Both the position numbers and the translations under genes were made by a program. From Octopus vulgaris (taxonomy: Eukaryota): a stretch of DNA of 64,000 nucleotides. Position 1 is the first letter of the stretch; the number at the start of each line of letters is the position of its first letter. Where the stretch lies: contig OX597831.1 of the NCBI GenBank assembly GCA_951406725.2, positions 49,166,001-49,230,000 on the forward strand. The letters are read 5' to 3'. The notes beneath the pieces are model-generated. The model did no database searches. It was given only the letters and a program-made list of their open reading frames with translations, and was not told where the DNA came from. Below are positions 1-11,890 of the stretch, piece by piece.

Positions 1-224
1 ATAATTTAAACCAATGGGTCTTAACACCGATTTAAACTGAATCAGTGAAGCTAATAGGCAGAGCAGCATGGTGCAGTGGACGTGTACTGAGCCCATAACT
101 TATAGGTTACTAGCTTAAAAGCCACACTCCGGTTGGACATTTAAACTAACCACTGTAGAGGGCTAATTGGGCCTGCGGCTCAAAACTAAAGAGAGCTAAA
201 TAACATGATTATAATACATCTATA

Positions 225-452
225 GGCGAGCTGCCAGAATCGTTAGCACACCGGGCGAAATGCTTAGCGGTATTTCGTCTGCCGGTGGATTTTGATTTCG
301 AATTCTGCCAAGGTTGACTTTGCCTTTCATCCTTTCAGGGTTCATTAAATAAGTACCAGTTATGCACTGGAGTTGATGTAATCGACTTAAACCCTTTGTC
401 TGTCCTTGTTTCTCCCCTCTAGGTTTAGCCCCCTGTGGGCAATAAAGGAATA
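225..452 (+). mobile_element. Second tRNA-derived SINE family (also ~13028-13258, ~27610-27840, ~41704-41818; reverse at ~4160-4315 and ~16823-16993; fragment ~50265-50410)
   Basis: ggcgagctgccagaatcgttagc...ttcgaattc head and conserved core gccttTcatcctttc...aaataagtacc, repeated in both orientations. Confidence 0.75.
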
Positions 453-874
453 ATAATACATCTATAATGACTATATGTGCTGGTGGCGTTTGATCAGAGG
501 TTAAGGATGGACGAGAATTAATTCTGTAATGCAGTCATTCTATTGTTCCAGTCCCAAGTTGAATTCCAACAGTTGGCTGATTCAGCCCAAAGTTCTTATC
601 TCAACATATAATTTACGAAGAAAATGTCATTTATATGCCTCTTGATCTCTGATGTCATCTGAATCAGCCAAGCTTTACCTGCTAGAAATAGCAACCCAAA
701 TGCTTTTAAATCAGATTCCAATTCCGTATGTTCAAGAACCAAATGAAGGGCAGATTTTCCATCCCGGGATCATCCTGATTCAATAAAGGCATAATATGTC
801 TATGAAGAGCAAATGAAGCTGTCACGTATGTTTATGTAATGTTTGTGCATGTATTATGTGTTTGTGTACATGTA

Positions 875-1440
875 TTGGGTTGTCCGGAAAGTTTGTGCCG
901 ATTTATAGTAGCTTACCTTTCGACTTATTTTAGAACATGGTTGAGTCCATAAAACAGGATTTGACTACACCTCCATTTAGAGCACAGTTTAAGCTCTCTT
1001 TTCGTTGAAGAAGATTTATGTTCCTATAACCTGTGTTAATTCTGTAACCCTTTAAAATAGAAGATAAGAAAGTCCATTTTCGGCACTTGATACTTTGGGA
1101 ACCAGACAAAAATTGCTGCAGCTCGGTTGGGATGTGTTACCCCACCCTCCATATTCACCAGATATTGCTCCTTCAGATTTCCACTTATTCAGGTCTCTGC
1201 AGAATAGTCTTAATGATAAAAATTTCAATTCCTTGGATGATGTAAAAAGATACCTTGATGAATTCTTTGTCATGAAACCACCTCAGTTCTGGGAAGAGGG
1301 TATTTTCAAGTTAAAGGAAAGATGGAGACGCATTGTGCAACAAAATGGTTCATATTTGGTTGATTAAAAATGTAATGGCAAGTATTTATTGACCTTTTTC
1401 TTTCCTTTAAAAATTGGCACAAACTTTCCGGACAGCCCAA
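875..1440 (+). mobile_element. Internally deleted mariner transposon (non-autonomous)
   Basis: TIRs TTGGGTTGTCCGGAAAGTTTGTGCC / GGCACAAACTTTCCGGACAGCCCAA with TA flanks. Transposase N-terminus (EDKKVHFRHLIL) is joined to the C-terminus with HPPYSPDIAPSDFHLF. Confidence 0.93.
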
Positions 1441-1675
1441 TATATTTTTGTAAGTACTATGTTTATGCATTTTTGTGCATATATGTGTTTATGTGTGTAT
1501 GTATATCTGTGTGTATAAGTGTAAGTATGTATTTATGTGCATGTATGTATATTTGTGTATGTATGTTTATACACGCATACATAAACAATACTTACACAAA
1601 TATACATATATACACACAAACACTTAATACATACACAAAATATAGATAAACTTTAGTAATTCAGCTTTTTTTAAA

Positions 1676-1907
1676 ATTCTTTTATTTGTTTCAGTCATTT
1701 GACTGCAGCCATGTTGGGGCACCGCCTTTAGTTGAGCAAATCGACCCCAGGACTTATTCTTTGTAAGCCTAGCACTTATTCTATCAGTCTCTCTTGCCGA
1801 ATCGCTAAGTGACAGAGATGTAAACACACCAGCATCGGTTGTCAAGCGATGTTGGGGGGGACAAAAGCAGACACACAAACATATACATACATACATACAT
1901 ACATATA

Positions 1908-1963
<56 letters not shown>

Positions 1964-2122
1964 GTGGGCTTCTTTCAGTTTCCATCTACCAAATCCACTC
2001 ACAAGGCTTTGGTCGGCCTGAGGCTAGAGCAGAAGACACTTGCCCAAGTTGTCACACAATGGGACTGAACCCAGAACTATGTGGTTGGTAAGCAAGCTAC
2101 TTACCACATAGCCACTCCTGTG
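1676..2122 (-). mobile_element. tRNA-derived octopus-type SINE with internal (TA)n
   Basis: Minus-strand head GGAGTGGCT(A/G)TGTGGTAAG (A box) ... GGTTCAGTCCC (B box); tail ...CAGTCAAATGACTGAAACAA. Many copies in the window. Confidence 0.85.
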
Positions 2123-5100
2123 CTGAAAAGTAAAATTAAAGAAATAAGTTTTTTCTTTGCTGCTTATTTTAACCAAAAGATTGCCAATTATTTTACTCAT
2201 TGCATTACTGTGATGAATCCATTTATATAATGATGGTGCTTTTTAGTAATGCAATATGCAGAAGAGATTGATATTTGAACACACAACAGACTGAGAACAC
2301 ATGATATTGTCAATATTTTTCTTTCTATTCCTGTCATTTCTCAATCTTTTGTAATACAGAACTCTAACATTTACACCATATAAACACTTCATTTCTTCTG
2401 ACACAGTATCAAACAATGTTGGATACAGGCAGTGGTTGTATCGTTATTAAACTGAATTTCTTATATTTGTCTCTAACTCAGTTATACCAGAGTAGTTAAG
2501 TGAGAGGAGAATTTGAATAATGTTCTGTTATTTCAACTGCATATAGAGTTTATACCTTTTTTAATGGAGAACAAAGGTTAAGTGATCCTGATATCATCCC
2601 TAACATTTGCAAACACTAGTAAAGTTAGTTAGCTCCTAGAATCATACCAACTCATTCGGGCCGGTTTCCTGGTTTCATGGTGTACATATTCCCCACCTGG
2701 ATGGGATGCTGGTCCGTCGCAAGATTACTCATTTTTGCCACATAACTCCTTATATACATACTGTGTTGTAAGTACTCAGTCACCGTTGTTGTGCTCTTTG
2801 AATTGAGCATTGTTTGCGTTGTGGTTGTCAAAACTCAGTTTAATAAAATTATAACCGTATATCGATTTTCCCGTTACATACTTTCTTTTTTGGTCTCGGT
2901 TTGAAAATGTGAAATAAAGTGTTTTACTCAAGAACACAAAATGTCGTCCAGTCCAGGAATCAGAACCACAACCTTATGATCATGAGTCCAATACCCCAAA
3001 CATTAAGCCATGGGCCTCTACAATTGCAAACACTGTCAATGAAACTATGACTTACCTGAGAAATAAGGTAACAACAGTAACATTGACAGCTGAATTTACC
3101 ATTAATTTTGTTTATGTATATAAAATATTACATCTAAAACAGCTTTTAAAATTTAGTTACCCAATATGTGCAGGTGTGGCTGTATGATAAGAAGTTAGCT
3201 TCCCAACCACATGGTTTCAGGTTCAGTAGGTAGGCCTTGTGTCTCAAGACAATCTTTTGGTTCTGTGCACATGTTTGGCCTATTTTATAAAAATCTGCCT
3301 AAACTTATGTCTCACTGCAATGAACTATTAATAGCTCTTATGGTAATACAGTAGACACAGACACACACACACACATACGTATACACACACGTGCACACAC
3401 ACATACACAAACCCTAACCTTAAAACTCTAACCCTAACCATAACCATAACCCTAAGTAGAAAAATTTTTTGAGATTTCTTTCAGAATCATAACCTTCATA
3501 TTTTTCTGCATAATTTGACAAAAGAAAATTGTAATGTTTTTCAGAATATCATAATCTCCTTTTATAGTTTTGTATATTTTGAAAAAACAAAAATTTCTGC
3601 AAAAAGTTAAAAATGAAGAATTAAGAGGGATGGGGTAATTTCAAAATGTTGATTTTTGCCAATTTTTTTGCAAATTCATATTCTCTGCAGCCGAAAATGG
3701 CGGTTGTGTAGTAAAAAAAAAAATAATAAATAAAAAGGAGGTGTTTTTTGGGTGGGGGGTACAAAATTAGATCAGTCATTATGTAACTTTTTCTTGATTT
3801 TTATTTCCTGTGATTATGTTTTTTCTAGATTCAACATTATCACATAATGTAATTTGCATTTTTCAAATGTAATATATTTTTTCCCAACTTAGAAACAAGG
3901 TTTGGGCGATTTGATGCCATTTAACAAGAGCCATGAAGAGTTCTCACAGCTCACCCTCAACTGTCCTAGACTACCTATTCTTTGGCCATCCATCTTTCAT
4001 TTTACAGTTAGTATCCATCTTAATGCTTATTTTGGTATCTTGTCCAGATTCCTTCTGAGCGAGTACCTCAGCCATTTAACCGACCAGGAGCACGTTAATG
4101 CAACCACTTTCGCTATACAGTTTCTCGTTTAAGACTTTGTTTGGTCAAACAAGAACAGACAAAGAGATTAGGTCGATTGCATCGACCTCAGTGCATAACT
4201 GGTACTTAATTTATCGACCCCGGAAGGATGAAAGGTAAAGTCGACCTCGGCGGAATTTGAACTCAGAACGTAACAGAAGACGAAATATCACTAACGTTTC
4301 TGCCAGCTCGCCACCTTGCGGTTACTCATGAGGCTGCTCATGTTTACTTTTAGCATTAATCTGCATTTTGAACCATACATTACGACAGATTTTACTTGTA
4401 TGTTACATTGTCCAATCTTAGTCCTAATACTAGGTTACACTGACTTCCTGATCGACTGAAGCCTTACAAATGCCCAACGAACTTTGACAAGCCGCAATCT
4501 CATGGCCTGTTTCGTCTCGTTCACTGCACTTCAGTTGTTTAAAATATTTAAAGTCCCTCTTATAGTCTAGTGGTTTACCGTTGGGAGTGATCAGTGTAAG
4601 GTAGCTGGAGTGAGATATGATTTTAAGATTTGCCTGGTTTGCATAATTGCTCTATGTTGGTGAAAGCCTCTAAAAAGCAATTGCAAATACAAAGTCCTCC
4701 TGTGCCCAGAACTAAGGTACAAATAGGCTCTCTTTTACTCTTTTACTTGTTTCAGTCATTTGACTGTGGCCATGCTGGAGCACCGCCCTTAGTTGAGCAA
4801 ATCGACCCCAAGACTTATTCTTTGTAAGCCTAGTACTTATTCTATCGGTTTTTGCTGAACCACTAAGTTATGGAGATGTAAACACACCAGCGTTGGTTGT
4901 CAAGCGATGTTGGCAGGACAAACACAGACACAAAAAAACACACACACACACACATATATATATATACAACAGGAAAGGAACCAAAAGAAGGAACCAAAAA
5001 GGATCAAAAAGCAAGCAAAAAATTATCTGTGGAAGAAAAGCAAAAAGTAACTCACAGTTTTAATTTTTATTGTAACTGAGTAACTAAAGGAAAAATAACA

Positions 5101-5241
5101 CCGTGTAACAAAATATTTACTTTTTTTCTTTAGTAATTTATTTTCTATTTGACACCAATGTTTTGAAACTGACCTATTTTCCATTACATTTCAGACAGAT
5201 CCAGTGCTGAATTGCTGAAGCAGAAATGTAATTATACCTAA

Positions 5242-5618
5242 CTAGCAGTATCGCCCGGCGTTGCTTGGGTTTGTAAGGGAAATAACTATATAAGCATTTT
5301 TAGAGAGTTATAGCCAAAAAATAACAAAAAAATGGAAAAAAAATAATGGTAAATTTTTTTTTAAATCGTTGACTCATCGTAGACATTTTTAGAGAGTTGC
5401 TTCTCTTATATAATAGCGAAAAAATGCATTAAAATGGAAAAAAAATGATGGTAAATTTTTTTTTAAATCGTAGACGCGCGCTAATACCCAGAAGGGCTTG
5501 ATATGAAACACGACTATAAGATACCCGGTTTTGGTTAAACTGCACCGCAAAATGTGGGAGTAGTTAGGAATCTAAATCGTAGGAGACAGACACACAACTT
5601 GACTTTTATATATAAAGA
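5242..5618 (-). mobile_element. Non-autonomous Helitron
   Basis: Minus strand starts TC and ends in a GC-rich hairpin plus CTAG. Inserted between A and T with no TSD; the empty site cctaa|tattctgc is present in unit 3 at ~34702. Confidence 0.85.
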
Positions 5619-6192
5619 TATTCTGCTGAATACTACAGATTTGCTTGTCAGTTGATTGACCTTAATCGCTTGAGCACGTCCCTGCTGACAATAGGTGCAT
5701 CTCTGATCACGAGCAGGAGTTGTGGGGTAGCATCATAGCCATGTATTGAGACGAATTTTTGGCGGCTTTAATAAATGTAATAAAAGCAAAGTTTAGAGGA
5801 AATATTTGCTATTTTTCATACTTTCTAGGGGGTAAGTAAATAGGAAATTACAGTTGATATCTAAGGATAAAAATTGTGTGACACTGTAATCATTAAAAAA
5901 ATTCAAGAAGTTTCGTGAGCAGTTAAAAAGAAGTAATATAAAAAAAATCTTGTGTCTTAGGAGAATAATTACATCAATAATAATAAAGACAAGATTTGTA
6001 TCAGTACACGAATTCGCATCAAGAATCTTGCAACCCAAGTACAGAAACGAAGAAATTCAGATATTTACGATTTTTATCTCCCTTGAATCATTTTAAGTCT
6101 AAGGGAGATAACCTCAAGCATTCTTTTGTATTGGAACAGACGAAACTTGAATGGAGTTTTGCTGAGTCGCCAAGTTACGAGGTAAATAAAGA

Positions 6193-6326
<134 letters not shown>

Positions 6327-7415
6327 ACTCAATTGAAGAATTAGACTTTACTTTTATATTTTCACTAACGAACTGGAATACTTGATTCGAATTTCATCAA
6401 AATTGGAGATTAAGAATTTTAATGAGGGTTCTTTCCTGGTTAACACATCCTAACAAAAATTCTAATCATGACATATTTATCCCATACTACTCATCTTTAT
6501 GTCCAGATTCCAAAATCCAAATCTTATAAAACCCATTCAAAGGTTTTTGCCCCTGATAAATGGAGCACATGGAGCACATGAAGCTCTAAAATGTGAGTTA
6601 AGGTCTCTATTAAGGGGTCCTTAAAGTCAACTAGAGAAGTTGAATTGTTGAGAATCTTTTTTAACTTGTGTTTATATCTATTGCTGAAATTTCTTTGAAA
6701 TCGGAAATATATGAATGTTCACTGGGTTTGTAAAAGAGAGCAAAGCTACGGTAAACCAAAAGACGAATGATCACAATAAGCAGTCAGCTACCCTACCCTA
6801 GTCGTTACCACTCCCCAATGTAGGATTCCTCACCGTACAGGTGACCGGCGCAGTCATAAGATGCATTACAGATCTATAGTAATTGGAAGGGCGTGACCCA
6901 ACTCAAACTAAACATTAACAACTGTGTGATGTGAGGGCTAAGGGGAAATGAAAGTGTCACCTCTGGGTTTTGCCAATGATCACTATGTCGATAGGTAACT
7001 GAACGGAATAAATTTGCAATCTATAAATATCTATGAATGACCAATCACTTATCTGGAAAGCCTTTGAAAACAATATTACCATCTGAGGACTATCTCTGAC
7101 TCAGTGATAAAAAAAAAAAACTCAAAGGAGGCTTGCAACCAAATAACTTTACTCAAAATAACACTTTGCAACTGAATCAGTGGAGGCAAAGATGCCTCCC
7201 CTTTACTTGACAATTTATGCACCACATTGCAGAAATCACAATCTAAGTATATCTCAAAGCAAACTCTCTCACTGTTGTACTATTGAATTACAAATAACAC
7301 TCATCTTGTATCCTCGGGTTACTCTACAGCTTCCAAGAGTGCAATTGTATTCATCTTATCTTAGGAAAAAACGACTAAATTTTTGTGGTTAAACCCTCAT
7401 TAAGGGGTCTTACTG

Positions 7416-8310
7416 ACTTCTAAACATGAGACAATGGCCCTAGCCCGAGAGATAACCTCTCCCATTGACATAGAGTGAATTTTCGGCAGCTTTTGCAGCT
7501 CGACAGACACATGGCCAGGAAATCCAGTCACAAAGGCTAATTTTACGGATTGTTTTAACGTGCCATCTCTATATCTCACGAGTATAGGCAATCTCCTGAT
7601 TTCGTTGGCAAACACATCGACCTGTTCGCCCCTCCACTTTGTTTTCCCCAGTCGACCATATGCCATAAATGGTCCTTCTGTGAAAACCTCCATCAGCCGG
7701 CCTTCTATTTTTTCTGCGCTCAACTGGCACTTCTCTTCCATTTTCAGGTGTAGCGCCAACGCCTATCCATCGTGGTACAACGGTATAAAACTCGCTAGAT
7801 CATCTGTATCTTGGAGTCTTGCCACCAACTTAATATTTTGCAGTCAAGCGGTAATATCTCCCCCACACAAAATGGCCTAAATGTCTCATTCGAAACACGG
7901 ACCAAACCAATCACTTTTTTTTTTCTCCTTTGAGCCGAAATAGCTTGTGTTGTAAAGGAAGAAAAAAGTCAGAAGCGAAAAGAGAATTACCGTAGTCTTA
8001 CCTGTCGGTCCGGAGAAAGGGTCACTTTCAACATCCTCGTCTTGTCACGATCTCCAATGTTCACTCCACGTCCTTGTGTGCTATCCGTTACTCTACCGTC
8101 TCACACGTCCACTCTGATGTGCTGTTCGCCGTCGACTGACTCTCGTGCTTCACTGAATGCCGCATATCCACCACGGAACTTCCAGTGGTTTCCACAGACC
8201 TCACTTCCGACAGGGCATGCCTACTCCCTCACCTCCGATCCTTCCCTACAACACAGCAAGGCTCATAACACCACATTATTGTTGCTTATATCCCACCAAT
8301 AGACCGCGCT
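7416..8310 (-). mobile_element. Truncated Ty3/Gypsy-like LTR retrotransposon: partial 5' LTR (8058-8310) and decayed gag (also at ~22005-22899)
   Basis: Gag-capsid-like peptide LVARLQDTDDLASFIPLY...KWRGEQVDVFANEIRR...KLAFVTGFP; the LTR ends AACA and is followed by TTGG (PBS-like). Confidence 0.7.
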
Positions 8311-8864
8311 TGTTTAATGAGAGAAAAATATTGAAAAAAACATAAATAAATGTGAGAGTGTAAACGAGGATGGTGGTCTTGGGATATGCTAAAAACAACA
8401 GCCAAATCTCACTTAAATCGCAGACCTTTTCCTCTGAAAATACTTATCTTGTATATTTATAATACAAAAATGGGACAAGAACACAAAACATCCAGTTAAG
8501 TGATACAAAAAAAGGGACAACAAAACATCCAGACAGACGATACAAAGAAAACAAGGACGGGTCATTCAGAGTCTTCTTTCCTCAGTCGAGTTCCAGATTA
8601 TGTTTGCAATTTCGGCTGGATATACTCGAGATTGCTCCAATCTGGACAGCCCCAAGGAAAAACGAAGCTAAGAGGACTAGATTCATACATATATATGAAC
8701 CAAACAGGCTCCTTTCAAATTCTTGAAGTGCCAAAATCGGTCAGGATTGGAATGGTGAGGAGAAAAAGAATTAAATTCACACAAAGAGATGCTTCTTTTC
8801 ATTTCAACGACTGTATTGAAATTTAAAAAAAGTAAAGCCTAGAACATCCCGCCAGGATTATACG

Positions 8865-9028
8865 ACGGGGTGAGCGCGAACGCAGACCCCACACTTAGAA
8901 ATAGCGCACCCGAGTCGCCCACATTTGGGGCGATCGCAAAGGTCAACCCAACCGGAGTGCAATGGAAGGGCCTCACTTTGGGAGAACCACCTAGATGATC
9001 ATGGTTTACTCCTGTGCCAGGTAAGTAT
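8865..9028 (-). ncRNA. RNU1: U1 spliceosomal snRNA gene, type A flank, unit 1
   Basis: Reverse complement begins ATACTTACCTGG, has loop II ATTGCACTCC, stem III CGATCGCCCC-AAAT-GTGGGCGACTCG and stem IV GGGGTCTGCG-TTCG-CGCTCACCCC; 164 nt, colinear with human U1. Confidence 0.97.
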
Positions 9029-9120
9029 GTTTTTTAGGCGTTCACTAATCTCATATAAACGATATTTGCATTGTAACTTCACTGATATTGCCTCTAATAT
9101 TACCTTGAAATATTAATTTC
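9029..9120 (-). promoter_or_regulatory. Putative U1 proximal promoter (ATGCAAAT at -43..-36, TTTATA at about -31..-26); equivalents lie upstream of all six U1 copies
   Basis: Upstream sequence is conserved between type A and type B genes whose downstream flanks differ. Octamer at 9064-9071, 11926-11933, 23662-23669, 26509-26516, 38082-38089 and 40668-40675. Confidence 0.7.
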
Positions 9121-9851
9121 TCAGCAAATTTCATTATATATATTATAACTCAACTACTACAACTCATTATTTCTAATTCAATGGTTTAGTAAGATAATGC
9201 TTTAATTTCTTGAAATATTATAAAACTTAGAAATTATAGTCTTGTTTAATCCAACAGTAACGGCAAATGAACAAGGGAGACAATTCCAGTTTTATTTGTA
9301 AGTTTACTGATAAAGATATTTACTGTAATACATTTACTACACAAAACGAACCAACAAAAGAGCATCTTACATGATCGTTAGGCATGCTAGATATAACAAC
9401 GAAATCTTCCTCAAATTACACACAATGATTTCTATTTCTTTTACAAAGATGAAAACAAACCAGCGCCGGTTGTCAAGCGTTAGTGGGTGAGAAATACAGC
9501 ATTCACACACACACACATACACACGCGCTCGCGCACGCTTTGTGGGTGTATTGTGTTTGTGTGTGTGTATATTTGTATAAGTACTATGTTTATGCATTAT
9601 TTGTACATTTATGTATGTGTGTAAGAACTGTTTATGTATGTGTGTGTAAATACTGTTTATGTATTATGTGTTTGCGTGTATGTATATTTATATGTAAGTA
9701 ATATAGTGTTTATGTGTGTGTATTTGTGCATGTATGTATATACACACATGTACAATATATACACCCGACGATGTGTGAACAAGATGGTTTTTACCTCGAT
9801 TTCTCTCCCTACGAAGATATTCAGACAAGTTTACAGACGAACACGAAAATC

Positions 9852-9884
<33 letters not shown>

Positions 9885-9885
9885 T

Positions 9886-10561
9886 ATGTTTCTTTATTAG
9901 CCACACAGGGCTGCACACAGACAGGACAGATTACAAAGTAGAGCTTTTCTTTTTTTTGGGAAAAAAAAAAAGAAGTGGGGTAGGTTTTCGATCAAAAGGG
10001 ATCGTAAAAGGGAAAGAAGAAAAAAAAAACAAAAAAGGAAAAGAAAACAAATGAATAGAAAAAGAAAAAAAAAGAAAATGGGAAAAAACCGATCAATAGG
10101 GATCGTGTATCACAGTGTCATAATGTAAAGTGTAAAGGGGGAAGCAGATAAGGTTTATCCGTGAGAAGAAAAGCCTACGGAAAAGACCATATTGTTACAT
10201 GTTACCACATTTGTTTGCAAGTGAGTAACCCTCTGTTTTAAATTTCCGGGTCAATAGGATTATGCTCAAGGTGGTTTCGTCATTCATACATGCCATCTTT
10301 GCTACATTCACCCATCTTTTTTAAAACATTTGCTAGACAAAACTTGCCTGTCTACTCTCACTTTCCTTTTCAAGTGATACTTGAAGAAGTTGATGAGAGA
10401 TTGACCAGAGAGGAAAGTGTTTGTCTTCAATCCTTTCAGACGCGGATTGGAGACAAACACTTTCCTCTCTGGTCAATCTCTCATCAACTTTTTCACGTAT
10501 CACTTGAAAAGGAAAGTGAGAGTAGAGAGGCAAGTTTTGTCTAGCGAATGCTTTAAAAAAG
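9886..10561 (-). mobile_element. 5'-truncated L1/Tx1-like non-LTR retrotransposon 3' end with terminal fold-back, next to (GACA)n (also ~24481-25149; partial at ~40122-40250)
   Basis: Minus-strand frame reads LINFFKYHLKRKVRVDRQVLSSKCFKKRWVNVAKM, resembling an L1/Tx1 ORF2 C-terminus, followed by a pyrimidine-rich 3' UTR and AATAAA. Clade assignment is by eye. Confidence 0.55.
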
Positions 10562-11706
10562 GCAGATAGGTACAGATACATAGCATTTATTACTGTGGAG
10601 AAAGTAAGTTATAAATATTTAACAGAGAAGAATGAATATTCATTCGTAATTTTTTTTTTTTTTAAGAAAAATTTCATGAAACGAAAAGTTTCAATTTTCT
10701 TTCCATTTTAGATAGCGTTGAAAAATGTGTGTGCACGCGTGCTTATACACACATACGTCCATACATACACAGATGTAAGTAGAGAGCGAGAGAGAAAGGG
10801 AGTTGCAACACAAACTGGAAATTATGTGATCGAGAGAGACAAATATATGAGTGTGACGCGCTTCTTTAAGCTCCCTCTACCAAATCCAGTCATAAGGCTT
10901 TGGTCAGCCCGGGGCTATACTAGAAAACACTCGCCCAAGGTACCACGCAGTGGCCGAATGTGTGTTAGTATTCGAAAATCACTAGTACATGGAAATCATT
11001 GCTGAAAACAAAATTCTCTTCATCCTTTCCGTATTTTAGTCATTGGTCTGCAGCCATGCTGGAGCACTGAATTAAAGATTTTAGTCGAACAAATCAACGC
11101 CAGTACCTACCACCACCGGTTGTCAGGCGGTGTTTGTAGATAAACACAATTTCCGTCCAGTAAATGTTCTCAACCTTGGTAATGTTTGATTGCCCGGGGC
11201 TATGTTAGAAGCCCTAGGTGCACATAGTGGGACTGAACTCGGTTTGGGAAGCAAACTTGAATAAATATTTCGTTTCTGTAAAGTGTCGAGAAATCAGCTG
11301 GCTTAAAAATTCTGAGTAATGAGACTTATACCGAAAGATTACTAACGAGACCGTTTGGGAAGACGTGAAAACACGAAATCAATCTCGGTGCAAAACAATA
11401 TTTAGTTAGTTTTGTACATTGAGTGGTTCTCGAGATCATGGGGCGGGGTGCGATCTGTGAACGTCGAAATTCTGTAGCACAAAGTCATGATTAGAAGTGC
11501 AGATGGATAAAACACAAACTTCGCTACTGATGTGGCATGTGGCTGGGATTAGCACTTATCAGTACGACAACCAGAAGCGATAACGAACATGTGAGTGTAG
11601 TAGGGGTATTTAAGTGAGGGCAAAAAAGTTTCTACTCTTTGAATTACGGGTGAGAGAGACTGAAAAAAGACATTTAACTGAAAGATGAGAAAATTTCCTC
11701 ATTTAC

Positions 11707-11721
11707 GTCTATTTTTGATTG
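11707..11721 (-). terminator. snRNA 3' box-like element (CAATCAAAAATAGAC) just downstream of U1-B; similar motif downstream of copies 3-6
   Basis: Minus strand reads AATC(G)AA(A/G)AATAGAC a few nt past the U1 3' end, resembling the vertebrate 3' box GTTT-N-AAARNNAGA. It is shared by otherwise dissimilar A and B flanks. Confidence 0.55.
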
Positions 11722-11726
11722 ATATG

Positions 11727-11890
11727 ACGGGGTGAGCGCGAACGCAGACCCCACACTTAGAAATAGCGCACCCGAGTCGCCCACATTTGGGGCGATCGCA
11801 AAGGTCAACCCAACCGGAGTGCAATGGAAGGGCCTCACTTTGGGAGAACCACCTAGATGATCATGGTTTACTCCTGTGCCAGGTAAGTAT
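11727..11890 (-). ncRNA. RNU1: U1 snRNA gene, type B flank, unit 1
   Basis: Same 164-nt U1 sequence as 8865-9028. Confidence 0.97.

Noticed and set aside
715-826. AG...GTATGT bounded exon candidate
   Set aside because: Stop codons in all three frames; at best a pseudo-exon.
8600-8660. GGCTGG...CCAGCC-GAAA-TTGCAA structure downstream of U1-A
   Set aside because: Half-hammerhead appearance only; no catalytic core; part of a dispersed repeat.
8925-9116. ORFs overlapping the U1 loci (MGRSQRST..., ...YLPGTGVNHDH...)
   Set aside because: Incidental frames across the snRNA gene; the CAGGTAAGTAT 'perfect splice donor' on the + strand is just the antisense of the U1 5' end.
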